Source: Octopus sinensis
Lineage: Eukaryota
Reading direction: 5' to 3'
Assembly: GCF_006345805.1 (NCBI RefSeq)
Contig: NC_042997.1
Location: 28,954,001 to 29,018,000, forward strand
DNA length: 64,000 nucleotides
This document shows positions 35,964 through 49,073 of the stretch, one piece after another. Position 1 is the stretch's first letter, and each line of letters starts with the position of its first letter. The position numbers were made by a program, and so were the translations under genes. The notes below the pieces were generated by a model. That model did not search any database and was not told the origin of the DNA. It worked only from the letters and a program-made list of their open reading frames with translations.

Positions 35964-38900
35964 TTTTTTTTTTCTTCTTTCAAATTTCTTCCATTTCTTG
36001 CCGAGTGTCTTCCCGACTCCTAGGGCAAAGAAAATCATAGTGTATATTGGTAGGCCATTAAACCAAACTCAGTAGTTCGTTCATTTTTTTTTTTTTAAAG
36101 TTAAATTAAAATACATGAGCAGCAACAGTTCTCACATCGACAATGCTCTTCTCAGTACGTGTGATGTACCAGTTAAGACAATCTTTTGCACTTCTTGCAG
36201 GGATGGTAAGCCAGGGATCATTCTCATATAATTTTCGGTTCCCTTCTTGATCATTCCTAGTGCTCCTACGATCACTGGTATTGTAACCGCCTTGAGATGC
36301 AACATTTTCTCAATTTCAATGAGTAGGTCTTTATATTTTCTGAGCTTGTCAAACTATTTCGCTGAGATATTATGATCACAGGGGATGCTCATGTCGATCA
36401 ATAAGCAAACTTTATTGTTTTGGTCTTTCACAACAATATCTGGTTTATTGGCCTTGATGGTTCGGTCTGTATGTACTGGAAAGTCCCACAGAATGGTTAC
36501 ATTTTCTCCTTCAGTTACAGCCTCAGGGTGGTGATTATACCACTTGTCGGCAGTTTTGATATTGTAATGCCGACTTATTAGCCAGTGGAGATATTGGCCA
36601 ACTCTGTCATGTCTTAATTTATACTCCACTGGTGCTAAGACTTTACATCCAGAGATTAGGTGGTCCACTGTTTCAATCATGTCGTTGCAGAATCGCTATT
36701 TTGGGTCTGCTCCATTTTTCATCGCATTGGCCTGGTAGTTCCGGGTTGATAGGCTTTGGTCTTGAGCAGCCAGGATGAAACCTTCGCTCTCTGCTTTTAA
36801 CCCTGAGCTCCGCGGCCACTGATGGGTTTGCTTCTGGTCAACATCAGCTTGTTTGCTGCGGGTCACATATTTGCCGTTCAGAGGTTTCTCCTCCCACCTA
36901 TCAGCCAATTGCTCGTGCGCTTTTTTCATTGCCATCATTTTCACCTTCTTTGCAACAATAGTTGCCGTACTTCCCTCGGGTTGTTCAGTTTGGGTATCCT
37001 GCACGAGATCAATAGCAAATTTTTTGCTTTCCTTGATGATAGAATGAAGCTTCTTTCGTCTCTCGTGATTTTCCACGACCTTTAGCATCCAGTCATTCGA
37101 TATTTCGAGATATTTGGCCAGTCCAATTGTGGTTGTTTTGTAAGCTAGTTCAAATTGGATCAGGCCTCGACCTCCTTGGGCTCTGGGAAGGTAAAGGCGA
37201 TCTACGTCTGCCTTTGGGTGGTGCATCCTATTACAACTCAGCAGCTTGCGTATTTTTCTATCTATATTCTTTACTTCACTCATATTCCAGTTCAACACAT
37301 TGTAGCTATAAGTAACAACTGGAACTGCTAGGGAATTTATAGCTAACACCTTGTTACGTGCATTTAGTTCAGATTTCAGGACTGCACGAACTCTCCTATA
37401 ACATTCCTTCCTGATTCTCTCTTTCATGCTTGCATGCTGAATACCAGAGCCTTCATTTATCCCTAAATATTTGTATGTTTGTTCTTGCTCAAGCTCTTTT
37501 ATGACTGTGTCAACATCTAACACGACTGAATTTGTGGTCTTCACTTTCCCTTTCTGGAAAGTGGCCTTGGCACACTTCTCAAGTCCAAACTCCATCCCGA
37601 TGTCATCGCTGAACGCTTCCACGGTGCGCAATAGACCTTCAAGTTCATTATTGTCTTTACCATAAAGTTTTAAGTCATCCATATAAAATAGATGGCTTAT
37701 TTTTTTTTATTGGTAATTTTATACCCATACCCTGTTCTGTTTAATTCACTTGTAAGGGGTATTAGGGCTATGCAGAATATTAAAGGTGAAAGTGAGTCAC
37801 CTTGAAAAATTCCACAGTTGATGTTTATATTTTCTGAGGCAAGTACTCCATTAGAGTGGTATAATTGGAGATTCGTATTCCACAACGACATATTGTGCTT
37901 CAGGAAGTTTGAAATCACAGGGGAAATTTTGAAGATGTCCAGCGATCTCAAGATCCATGGATGCGGTATACTGTCGAAGGCCTTTTTGTAGTCAATCCAT
38001 GCGGTGCTGAGATTTCTGCGCTTCTGGTGACAGTTCTCAAGGATCATACGATTGATTAGCAGTTGATCTTTGCATCCGTAAGAGCCTCGGCGGCACCCTT
38101 TTTGTTCAATGGGGAAAATATCGTTCTTCTCCATGAATGCATATGTTTTCTCCGCCAGGATAGATGTTAGGATTTTATACGTGGTGGATAGACAGGTTAT
38201 AGGCCGATAGTTTTTTGGAAGGTTGGTTTCGTTATTCTTTGGGAGTAGATAAGTAATGCCACTTGCTAACCATTCAGGTGTTTTCTTTGGGTCTCTCATA
38301 ATTCCATTGAGCAGCTGAACTAGCTTACCGTGTGCGCACGGGAGCGATGCGAGCCAGAAATTCGGCACCCTATCTTTACCGGGGGATTTCCAATTATGGG
38401 CCTTCGTGAGTGCCTTTCTTAGGTCTGCTATTGTGATGTCTACCCATGCTTGTTGTTGTAAATTTTGGTAGGATCCTTCAGTTTGTATAATCCAGTCTGC
38501 ATTTACGTTGTACGTCTTCTTGTCACTCCAAATCCTTTTCCAAAAGTTTTGAACTTCTTCCATGGGAGGGGGGTCTTTAACCGTTACTTTCTCCTTCCCT
38601 ATTTCTCTGTAGAATGTTTTGGCATTGGATGTGAACAGCTTATTTTGCTTGTAAAACTTGTTTCTCTTCTCAAATCTTCGTATTCTTTGGGCTTTTGCTT
38701 GGACTTTTTGTTTCAGCGTTTCTTTTATTGATATCAGTTCTTCTCTTGGTGAGGATCCAAATTTTCTCTTCATCTTTCTTCCTGTTCTGGATCTTACATC
38801 ATTTCCACATATTAGTTCATTTAATATTGATATTTCCCCTCTCATAAATTCAATCTCTTTTTCAATTTTACTTCTCCAGGTTTGATTTATTCCCAGGTTT

Positions 38901-39930
38901 TGTTTTCTTTGTTTTTTCGGGGGCATACAGCTGGTTTCAATTGCCCTAGCAGAAGCGTAAATAATTTCATTTAACTCAGTAAAATCAGGTTTTAATTCTC
39001 GTATTATTTCATTTGTTACATAGTTGCCAATTTGGATTTGTTTTTTATTTTGGTTTGTATTTGAGAGTTATGAAGCGGTTCTCTATCATTCATACTTGTA
39101 TGTCTTACAACTTCAAGCGTATTCAGGATTTTCTGCCTCATTTGCTATAGACTCTCTGTGTTCTTCAGCAAATGCGAGATCTTCAGTTACTGTTGTTTTT
39201 TTCGTTTTCCTGGCTATCTTTAACAGGTACAATAGAATTTCTTGTATCTTCAGGCCTTTGCGTACTTTGGTCAGATGGCAGTCTTTCAATTAAGCCTCGT
39301 GGCGGGCTATACTGTTCATCTGATTCTTCATTTCCTTTGTGTCTTATATTTATGTCATTTTCCGTTGCGTGCTTGATCGCGCTTATTTCACTGTCTGTGA
39401 GTGTGTTATTTCTAAAGATATCCCTCCTCACATTTGCTAATTTGTTCTCGTCCAAATAGGCCCTACTGTCTTGATTCCGTGTTCTCCATATACTGTAAGA
39501 GTTTGCGGTGTGTCTCTCTTGAGATGGCCTACCTAATGCATAGTAATAAGCGTGTATTACTTCTTTATACTCTTCTCGGGTCCATTTGTTCCGCTTACAT
39601 TTTTCTTTCTGTGGTGGTTGTGGTGGTGAACTTGGAGGGCTCGAGTTGGGGGATTTCCCGTTCAAGTGACCATCCATGTCCGTATTCGGAAAAGAGTTTG
39701 TGCCAGTTGATGACTTTTCGATCCCAGGCTGGCTCTTCCCTGGGGGACGCGCTTCCAGATTAACCATAGGACAAGCGATTTGGTATACTGATTTAGTTTT
39801 CCTTTTAGTTTCCAAAAACATTTTGGTGCTACGATAATGTTATCATTTTTTAGCTTTGATTGGCTCGTGGGGAGACGGCCATCATTGCCGTTACAATTAT
39901 AATCGTACCATTACAGCAGCCGTAGTCGGC
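35962..39930 (-). mobile_element. R4/Dong LINE copy C: full length (~4 kb), inactivated
   Basis: Single broken ORF ~39821-36132: KWTREEYKEV N-terminus, RT (NYRPITCL, WIDYKKAFDSIPH, FQGDSLSP, YMDDLKLY), CCHC, REL. Frameshifts near 39070-39190 and 37700; in-frame TAG at the first knuckle Cys position and in the REL domain; TAA-type repeats at both ends. Confidence 0.96.
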
Positions 39931-40231
39931 TTATTATTGTTATTATCATCACCATTACCATCACTATCATCATTATCACCACCATTACCATCATCATTAC
40001 CATCATCACCATCACCATCACCACCATCATCATCAATGATATTGTTTTATGTGTAGTCACAGCAGTATCTTATTAGTGTTATTTTTGTTTTTTTATCATT
40101 ATCACCATCACAGTTGGCTGGCTTAGTGGTTGGCTGGCTGACTGTCTTTTTTTTTTTTTTTTTTAGGTGCGGTCCTATCGGTCAAAAAAAGTTCAGATGT
40201 TTACTACTATTAGGCTTAAGAAAAAATTAAG

Positions 40232-41024
40232 GAAGGGCTGTTCTGTATTGTTTGTGAATAGAGAAGTTGTGTTCGACCAGAGACAATCGTAGCATCATCA
40301 TTTTTTTTCTTTTTTTTTTCCACGTGCGTTTGTGTTATTGCAATTAAAAGTGTTTGTATATTTCCTGTAAGGTAATATTGTGGAGGTTGAAGTTGACTTT
40401 TCTAAGATGTTTGTATGTCCAGTTAGAAGAACAGGTGTGTTTTTACAATAAAAAGTATATGTTTACATTTATATTTGAATATTCAGGGAGGAAGCAAAGA
40501 AAAGTCAGATTTTCATAGAAAGTTTTAGGGTTTTGTAAGTCCACAAAAAGAAAAAAAAAAGAAAAGCGTGATGTTTTTAGAGAGAAGAAAAAAAAAAGGA
40601 TGTTTACAGAGGCAATTGTGGGTATCAAAGTTTTTAAAGCTGGTCGAATGTATGATTGAAAACTGTAGATATGTAAATTTGTAAATTTTCTTAACTTATT
40701 TTGAAGGGCTGTTCTGTATTATTTGTGAATAGAGAAGCTGTGTTCGACCAGAGAGAATCTTAGCATCATTATTTTTTCCATGTGCGTTTGTGTTATTGCA
40801 ATAAAAAGTGTTTGTATATTTCGTGCAAGGTAATATTGTGGAGGTTGAAGTTGACCCCTCTAGAGATGTTTGTATGTCCAGTTAGAGGAACAGGTGTGTT
40901 TTGCAATAAAGAGTATATGTTTACATTTATATTTGAATATTCTGGGAGGAAGCAAAGAACAGTCAGATTTTCATAGAAAGTTTTAGGGTTTTGCAAGTCT
41001 ACAAAAAGAAAAGCGTGATGTTTT
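40232..41024. repeat. Direct duplication of a ~330-bp unit (40232-40577 and 40703-41024)
   Basis: Colinear copies starting GAAGGGCTGTTCTGTATT and ending AAAAGCGTGATGTTTT. Confidence 0.9.
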
Positions 41025-41028
41025 ATTC

Positions 41029-41113
<85 letters not shown>

Positions 41114-41127
41114 GCTTATTATTATTA

Positions 41128-41166
<39 letters not shown>

Positions 41167-41179
41167 CATTATTATTATT

Positions 41180-41250
<71 letters not shown>

Positions 41251-41314
41251 TATTATCATTATCATTATTATTATTATTATCATTATCATTATTATTATTA
41301 TTATCATTATTATT

Positions 41315-41356
<42 letters not shown>

Positions 41357-41455
41357 GTTATTACTACTACTGGTGGTGGTGGTGGTGGTGGTGGTGTTGG
41401 TGGTGGTGGTAGTAGTAGTATTAGTAATAGTAGTAGTAGTAGTAGTAGTAGTTGT
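41025..41455. repeat. Long (ATT)n/(ATC)/(GGT)n/(AGT)n microsatellite
   Basis: Visible array. Confidence 0.97.
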
Positions 41456-41489
41456 AAGGTGGAAATATACTAGGATAATTAGCACTCGG

Positions 41490-41625
41490 AAGAAAAATCT
41501 TTAGCAACTATTAAGCGGTCTTTACTTCCGGAGTTCAAATTCCACCGAGGCTTACTTTGCCTTGCATCCTTTCAGTGTCGATATTGTAAGTACCAAGCAT
41601 GTACTGGGGTGTATGTAACTACATC
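41490..41625 (+). mobile_element. Diverged SINE family B fragment
   Basis: GAGTTCAAATTCCACCGAGG..TTTGCCTTGCATCCTTTC..TAAGTACC..ACTGGGGT. Confidence 0.7.
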
Positions 41626-42492
41626 CCCTCTTCCCCTCCTTTTTCAAACTGCTGGCTCCTTGCCAAAATGTAAAATCATTATTATCATTATTATTGTTGC
41701 TGTTGTTTTCTTATTATTTCTATTGCTAGCCGTAATGGTCGATGAGATTTTCATGCACATCCTATTTACAGTTAAATATGTATATATATTAAATCCCGCA
41801 CCCCACCATCTCTTTACTATCAGCAGTTTGACCAAATCTATGACATTGGTATTTCCAATATAATAACTAGATTCATTTTGATTACGAAAAAGAATGATCG
41901 GACCTAACAAATGATGTTACTGAATGCTATAACGGCATTTAATAATCTAGTTTTGCTAATTAATGATACATGATAATAATCTATACTTGTAGATTATTCA
42001 TCAAACGAACTAAATTTGTTATTGGTCTCTCATGTACTATATATTAGAAATCGGTTGGCTAACTTTCATTAGCGTATATGCAATACCAACATTGGAGTAA
42101 TTAGTTCTGCTGCTTTCTTTTGCATGGAATTATAATTATACCCCATTGAAACATCATTTTTATTTATTTACTTATTTGTAAGCTGTCACATCAGGCATGG
42201 AAAATATTGGCAGATATATTAAACGACGTTCCTTTCTTCACAAGCATGATGAATTTTGGGGGTACAGTCTGTATATGAAAAGATAGAATGGTGGCAGAGG
42301 ACCGATTAGTATAGGCCACTGTATAAGAAGTGAAAGGAGAACGCTTGCCGAGTATTTCAAAAATAGTAACGAAGATCTGTTGCAATATACCGAGACCCAT
42401 ATAATTGTTGATAATTTTAAATGCTATAGGAAGAACGATGGTGGTGATGATAATCACTGTGGCTATAGAGGTGACACAATGCAAGCACGTTA

Positions 42493-42577
<85 letters not shown>

Positions 42578-42607
42578 CATACGTGTGCACGTGTATATGC
42601 AATATAT

Positions 42608-42834
42608 TTCTTTACTGCCCACAAGGGGCTAAACATAGAGGGGACAAACAAGGACAGACAAACGGATTAAGTTGATTATATCGACATCAGTGCGTAACTG
42701 GTACTTATTTAATCGACCCCGAAAGGATGAAAGGCAAAGTCGACCTCGGCGGAATTTGAACTCAGAACGTAACGACAGACGAAATACCACTAAGCACTTT
42801 GCCCAGCGTGCTAACGTTTCTGCCAGCTTGCCGC
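42608..42834 (-). mobile_element. SINE family B, full length
   Basis: RC head GGCAAGCTGGCAGAAACGTTAGCACG, B-box GAGTTCAAATTCC, 3' end GTGGGCAGTAAAGAAA. Confidence 0.92.
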
Positions 42835-42849
42835 AAATAAAGAGAGAGA

Positions 42850-43720
42850 CGGGATCTCACTAACAACTCTGGTGGGAACCCCGCGAACTACTCATGAAAT
42901 CATGGTATGACACAACAAAGAAATAATTAACGATGAGAATGAAGACGTAGCGGATCATGGTGACGGTTTCTCGCCCGGCACCTCCGAAACCACCTGCCCC
43001 AGAGGTAGTAATCTGGCCTCGGACAATCGATATGTGACAACAGATCACGTACATGGTGTGCGCAAAAAAGAGACATAACTGCACGAAGGAAGAGTACGAT
43101 GCACTTGTTAAATGTCATGAAGGAGCTAAGCTGGAAAGAATTCGTGGAGTAGGCCGGGATTGAAAAGGAGATGTGTCAAATGTCAGAAAATAAACTACGT
43201 CATACGATAGTCGATCTATGACATGTCTAAGAAATAAATGGAGAATGTCTCATGTAGTAGGACTCCAGTTTTTCCAGATGTTCGTACATTGACTCTGCGA
43301 GTATTCTAGTTTACAATTTCCACATAAGTGACAAACAGGATATCGGCCTGTAATTGTCTACCGTATTGCCTTTATCGATGTTTTTCAATCACAGCGCTGT
43401 CCTACCCACTGTCAACCACTCTAGTGCCGATCTAATGTTATTAGGTCGGCTTTTAACAAGGTGTTGATTTGCGCAACTATTCGTACATGACATTTACCAA
43501 ATATTTGGATCCACTAGTCTTGAAATCCATTTGGTCCCGGGGTCTTTATTTTGCTCATTTTTTGCTGATTTCCTTCACTTCTGTTACTGAAATGATTAGC
43601 TCCGCCTGTTTTGGACAGACTAATGTTTCTTTCAGTTCTTGAAACCATTCAGCATCCTTCTTGTGCTCCAGATGTCATTCCAGTGTTATCTGATATCAAC
43701 GTTTCATCTGTATTGTTCAT
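42850..43720. mobile_element. Rearranged R4/Dong relic: N-terminal piece (+, ~42850-43170) and RT piece (-, ~43190-43720)
   Basis: RKKRHNCTKEEYDALVKC resembles KRNKWTREEYKEV of copy C; the minus piece aligns at DNA level with 32670-33130. Confidence 0.65.
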
Positions 43721-43832
43721 GCTTATTATATAACTTACACCAGAAAAGTTGATTTACATCAGCACCAAGGACAAATCTTACTTGATATTTTAGCATCATT
43801 AATCTCTAGGTAAGATTATTTTTGGTCAAATC

Positions 43833-43846
43833 TTCTTCTTCTTCTT

Positions 43847-43907
<61 letters not shown>

Positions 43908-43948
43908 TATTATTATTATTATTATTGTTGTTGTTGTTGTTGTTGTTA
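43833..43948. repeat. (CTT)n(ATT)n(GTT)n microsatellite
   Basis: Visible array. Confidence 0.95.
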
Positions 43949-46123
43949 TATGTTTGACTTTTGCTTTGCCTTTATACAAGTTGACTCCAAGTCTCACCTA
44001 GAGACCTCAAGAGCCAACAATTTAGAAGTCCATGTTGGTGTTATGCCAAGGGTGTAATATATATTATAATATATATTTTGTTCTCAAGAATGTTTTAGAA
44101 AACATAAACTTAGATAAACTTAGATATGTTTCGACCAAAGATTGGTCCAGGCCATGTCTAACTTAATAGCACCACCTGATAGGATTATTCGAATCCTGTT
44201 TAAGTCAAGTTTTGTTTAAGTCAAGTTTTGTTCAAGTAGTTAGTTCTTGTTGGGTGAGTTGTATCCAGTTTTGTTCAAGTAGTGAGTTCTTGTTGGGTGA
44301 GTTGTATCCAATTATGGGTGGCTTATCTGGTATTCTTTGAAGGAATCTATCCAGACTCTGTTTAAAGTTGATGGGATCCTTTTCCTCTTTGATCTCCCTC
44401 GGGACAATGTTAAATAGGGCAGGGTCTGTTGAGGAAAAGAAATTATGTTGCAGTGTACATGTATGTTATGATCTTGAATTGGGCAGGGAACGTATAGCCC
44501 GTGGTCCAAGTCTTGGATGAACCTTGAAGCTAATGTTTAGATCGTTTGGGCAAAGTTGGCGGTATATTTTCCACATCGTACAAATGATGTACCGCTGACG
44601 GCGACGCTGGAGGGAGTAAAGTTTCAAGGCTTTAAGGCGATCCCAATAATCGAGAGCAGCCATGCCTTCAATTCGTTTAGTGAGTGCCCTCTGGGGTGAC
44701 TCAATTCTGGAGATGTTTTGTCTTGTGTGAGGAGACCACAGTGGGCAGCAGTATTCAAGGTGTGGCCGTACAAAGGAGGAAAAAAGTGGTATGATGACAC
44801 CTTGTTCTCTGGACCGGAAAGTTCTTAAGATCCAGCAACTCATCCTACGAGCTATATCGACCATCTTGTTGATGTGTGCACTCCAACTGAGATCGTCATC
44901 AACAATTACACCCAGGTACCTGATATTGTTAGAGGCTGTGAGCGGTTTCCCTGAAGGAAGAGTGTATGGTTGTTTTAGTGAGGAATTTCTTCCAGAATGC
45001 ATCAGCTCAAATTTTCCCTCATTCAGTTGCATTTTGTTTCTGTCTGCCCATTGACTCACAGCATATAGATCAGACTGGAGTTGAGTTCGGTCTGCTTCTT
45101 CATTGACGATTTGCTGGAGCTTAGTGTCATCAGCGAATATTTTCACTTTGCAGTAATGTACGACACCGGAAAGGTCGTTTACGTAAATTATGAAGAGTAG
45201 CGGACCCAAAACAGTAAATTATAAGTAAATTATGAGTTTCTTTTAAAATTTGAGATTAAATACACAGTATTTTACGTAGGCTATGAGCAGTTCCCATGAG
45301 CACTATCTTTTTGCCCTTTTGGGATTTCCTGGTATCTGAGCTAGTTTGGAATCAGCTACTTTTGCTATCATTCGTTGGGCATAAATATCAACAGGTATTG
45401 TTTCAGTCTTGAGGTTCCACATTTTGCCAATTTCTATTTCAAGATCTCTAAACTTGCTCAGTTGTTGATAGGTCTTCACAGATATTTTATGTTGACTGTG
45501 ACAGTCATATAAATGAGGAAGCATGATTTTTGTTTCAAGTCTTTCAATATAATGCCTGGCCTATTCGCATCTGTCTGAAGCATTTCATTTTCAAGCACTG
45601 GAGTTGGTTTGTGCCCAGCTATTTGGAACTTACCCAGTGAATATAGTGTGCTGCTTTATCATGCTTGTTGAGAAACAGTATGTGAAAGAAGACTGCACGT
45701 TTGGGTTACCTTATTGTGTCTGCGTTTATACTCTTTCTGCGCAATATTTTTACAAGTGCTAACAATGTGAGTAACTCTTTCAACCCTCTTCCCACACATT
45801 CTGCAGCAGTTCGTTGCACTTGTGTGCTATATATCACGTTTCACTTGCTTGAACTCAATGCCCGAACCTGGGTAGCGATGACTAGTCTTTCAGTCTTCTG
45901 TTTTAGATCACACTTGCTATGTCATCACCAATATACAATCTAGTCTTTTAATTTGTTAGTTTCACGGTGGAACTTACGATGTAACTCCATGCGTATTAGG
46001 GTTTCTCTCTCGTTGACTGTTCATTATTGGAATTCAGGATCACTCTCAAGTCCATTTTTGGTAACTCCTTTTGCATTAGCAGCATACTGCAGCAAGTCTT
46101 GTTTATTGTTTACCAAATAATCT
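43949..46123 (-). mobile_element. Decayed R4/Dong 3' part, interrupted by the CR1-type LINE
   Basis: DLKQKTERLVIATQ, HDKAAHYIHW, KFRDLEIEIGKMWNLKTETIPV, KIVLMGTAHSLRKILCI* (ends 45256); the putative rest of the 3' UTR and the AAC/AAT tail resume at ~44100-43949. Confidence 0.7.
44105..45212 (-). mobile_element. 5'-truncated CR1-type LINE (RT C-terminal part + 3' UTR)
   Basis: GPLLFIIYVNDL, FADDTKL, YLGVIVD, VRPHLEYCCPLWSPH, SLQRRR; 3' terminal (TCTAAGTTTA)2 repeat. Confidence 0.93.
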
Positions 46124-46467
46124 GCGCGGCATCTTGGGCAAGTGTCTTCTGCTATAACCCCGGGCCGACCAATGCCTTGTGAGTGGATTTGGTAGACGGA
46201 AACTGAAAGAATCCTGTCGGATATATGTATATATATATATGTCTTTGTGTGTATGTGTTTGTGTGTCTGTGTTTGTCCCCCTAGCATTGCTTGACAACAG
46301 ATGCTGGTGTGTTTACGTCCCCGTCCCCTAGCGGTTCGGCAAATGAATCTGATAGAATAAGTATTGGGCTTACAAAGAATAAGTCCCGGGGTCGATTTGC
46401 TCGACTAAAAGGCGGTGCACCAGCATGGCCGCAGTCAAATGACTGAAACAAGTAAAAGAGTAAAAGA

Positions 46468-46475
<8 letters not shown>
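46124..46475 (+). mobile_element. SINE family A lacking most of the tRNA head
   Basis: Aligns to the 23670 copy from GGCATCTTGGGCAAG onward; (TAAAAGAG)n then (GA)n tail. Confidence 0.9.
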
Positions 46476-46498
<23 letters not shown>

Positions 46499-47359
46499 TG
46501 AGAGAGATTGTTAAATTTCAATTAATTAGAGAACGCTATTTACCCTACTGTTTTAATTATTTCATAATTTTGCCAAGATTTCGAACGTTCATTAAGTGGA
46601 TTTTGAAAACTATATTGACGTTAAATAATATATATAATATTCTGACATTGAACCTATTAATATTTTGTTACGTTGGATCATAGTAAAATAATGTCATTTA
46701 GATAGACGAAGCAAAGTTAATTTCGTAAGCAAACAGCGATGAAGTGCAACAGCAATTCGATTTTGAACAATAAGGGAGAGATACAACAAAAGCTGTGGTC
46801 TTTTAGCGAAACACATTACATTTGTGTTAGTTTCATGTCATTAATGTAACTGCACGTTTGAAATGCAATGTTATATACATGATACTTCGGAGCAGACTTT
46901 AGAGTATCTAAAATTATTGTTATGTTTGAATCCGTGCCAACAAATATCTAAAATTTGATGCAAATGGCTTATATTCAATGACCAGAAATATAATGAACCA
47001 AAACGGAATAGAGGTATTGGAATTCTAAAATGGGTGATTCGTGATTAAACACAGCAAGGATAGAGGTATTCAATAAAATAAATAATAATTATCGTAACAA
47101 AAATTTCATCCGATCTAAAATAATGTTTAAAATACAGACATGCATTATTTAGACTGCTTAAGTTCCAGGAACTATGAACATAAAGGAATCAATGGATTTT
47201 TAAGACCATTAAATATTGGCAATGATCACCTGAAGAGAAATATTTTGTATGTATATAGTCATTATATTTAGATATCATGGATAAAATTCCCTAAGATGAA
47301 TGCAAATTTCTTTCTAGATGAGAAATTCACAATATTTGTAATCTTTTGTACCACAAACT

Positions 47360-47560
47360 CGGCGAGGTGGCAGGAATGCAGCACGCCGGACAAAATGCTT
47401 AGGGGCATTTTGTCCGTCTTTGCTTTCTCAGTTTTATCACTGCGGAGGTCATCTTTAATATTCAAACTTTCGGGTTCGATAAAATAAGCAGTAGTAGAAT
47501 ACTGTGGCCCATGTAATGTACTTACCCTCACGCCCGAAATTTCTGACCATGAGCTGAAAT
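47360..47560 (+). mobile_element. Old SINE family B copy
   Basis: GGCGAGGTGGCAGGAATG.AGCACGCCGGACAAAATGCTTAG..TTCGGGTTCGATAAAATAAG. Confidence 0.65.
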
Positions 47561-47599
47561 TAGAAACAAATGTTAAGTAATAACTGGGAAATTGAAAAG

Positions 47600-48330
47600 A
47601 TTATGGTAGATGATAGTGTTAAAATGGATTTACGTAACGAGTAACTATATTTACAAGATGATATATCATCCCACTTACTACTAGTCCTATGTGTCTTGCA
47701 CATTCGAATATGAGATAACAGTGTCTTCGATCATATAACACTCACAATATATTATATTCTAATTGGGATATAATACAAATTATACTGCGCCTCTAAGTAT
47801 ACAGCCCACCATATAGTTACTATTACCCAAAGTTAACATGGCTTGAGAAGAAGTCTGACGTGCAACACACACTCTCTATTTCAACATTGTACTCGTCTCT
47901 GGTAACACGTGTAGATAATATCTACCACTTTGTATTACGAAATTTACAGAATCTTCACAGATGAAGCCCAAATATAGATGACTCAAAAACATTATGCTTT
48001 TGGATAATTACGCCAATTCAACATTCTTTACATGTATGCATGGTGCGATGAATGAACTGTCGTCTAAATTATTCAAAAATATTTTCGTTTTTGGGAGAGT
48101 GGTAAAGTGGTGCGGTTTGAATTTAGACTGTTCTTTGAATGCTCACTTACATTTCTTCCTCTACAAATCTGTGTGTGATTAGATTATATAGCTAAATGTG
48201 TGATGGAAAGGCTTTCCTAGTGTCATTTAAGAGTCCACTGCATGGGTAATTGTTTTGAGGACACTTTATTGTGGAGCCAATTTATACTCGTACATGGTAT
48301 TGCTGATAAAATTTATTCATGCAATTTGTT
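47600..48330 (+). mobile_element. Very old R4/Dong RT relic
   Basis: LQDDISSHLLLVLCVL ~ FQGDSLSPLLF; KS(V/D)..RLYIA..DG.GF ~ KSDIERLYI..GGRG. Confidence 0.35.
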
Positions 48331-48877
48331 TGGCAATTGTTGTATGAGGGCTACACTTCATTGTAATCTATCATCAGCGATTTTACAAAACCAATGTTTA
48401 TTTCCCTCCAAGGGGAGGTAGTAGATATTATGGATTTACCAAAAAGGATTAGAGAACATTTAATTTTGCCTGTATGTTTCTTCAGGTATGTTTCTGTAGA
48501 CATGCTTGAATTAAATGTTTTGTCGAACTTTCGACTGGAGAGATGATTTAGTGTGTGCATTTTGGTTTTCTGTCACTCAAGGAAGTTGAAATAGTTCATT
48601 ATCTCAGTAAATATGATGTGTTGTTTGTCCGCTCTGTATTCGAATCAAAACATTTAATCGCCCTCTCCTTCGAGTGAACTTCGTGCATCATTTCATTTTT
48701 CTTTACTTTCTCATTCCCCAAACCCTAATGTTTTGTGCATATTTTTGTGTCAATGTGTAGATTCTATGCTGTATGAATAAGACAATTAAGAATTGCGTAC
48801 AAACCACTTCGATTTATATTAGGTTTGTAGAAAAACACACTGATATTGTAACGCCTATTCACATATCTATCTATCTA

Positions 48878-49012
<135 letters not shown>

Positions 49013-49038
49013 TTATATTTATATATATTGAGAGAGAA

Positions 49039-49073
<35 letters not shown>

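Noticed and set aside
39822-39930. HDV-like ribozyme at the 5' end of Dong copy C
   Set aside because: Contains a GATGGC-CGT...ACG-GCCAATC hairpin and a GCTAA motif, but I could not build the nested double pseudoknot by eye; needs a descriptor search
44110-44160. Stem-loop followed by GAAAC at the CR1 3' end, resembling hammerhead stem II
   Set aside because: No CUGANGA core upstream; better explained as a LINE 3' recognition hairpin
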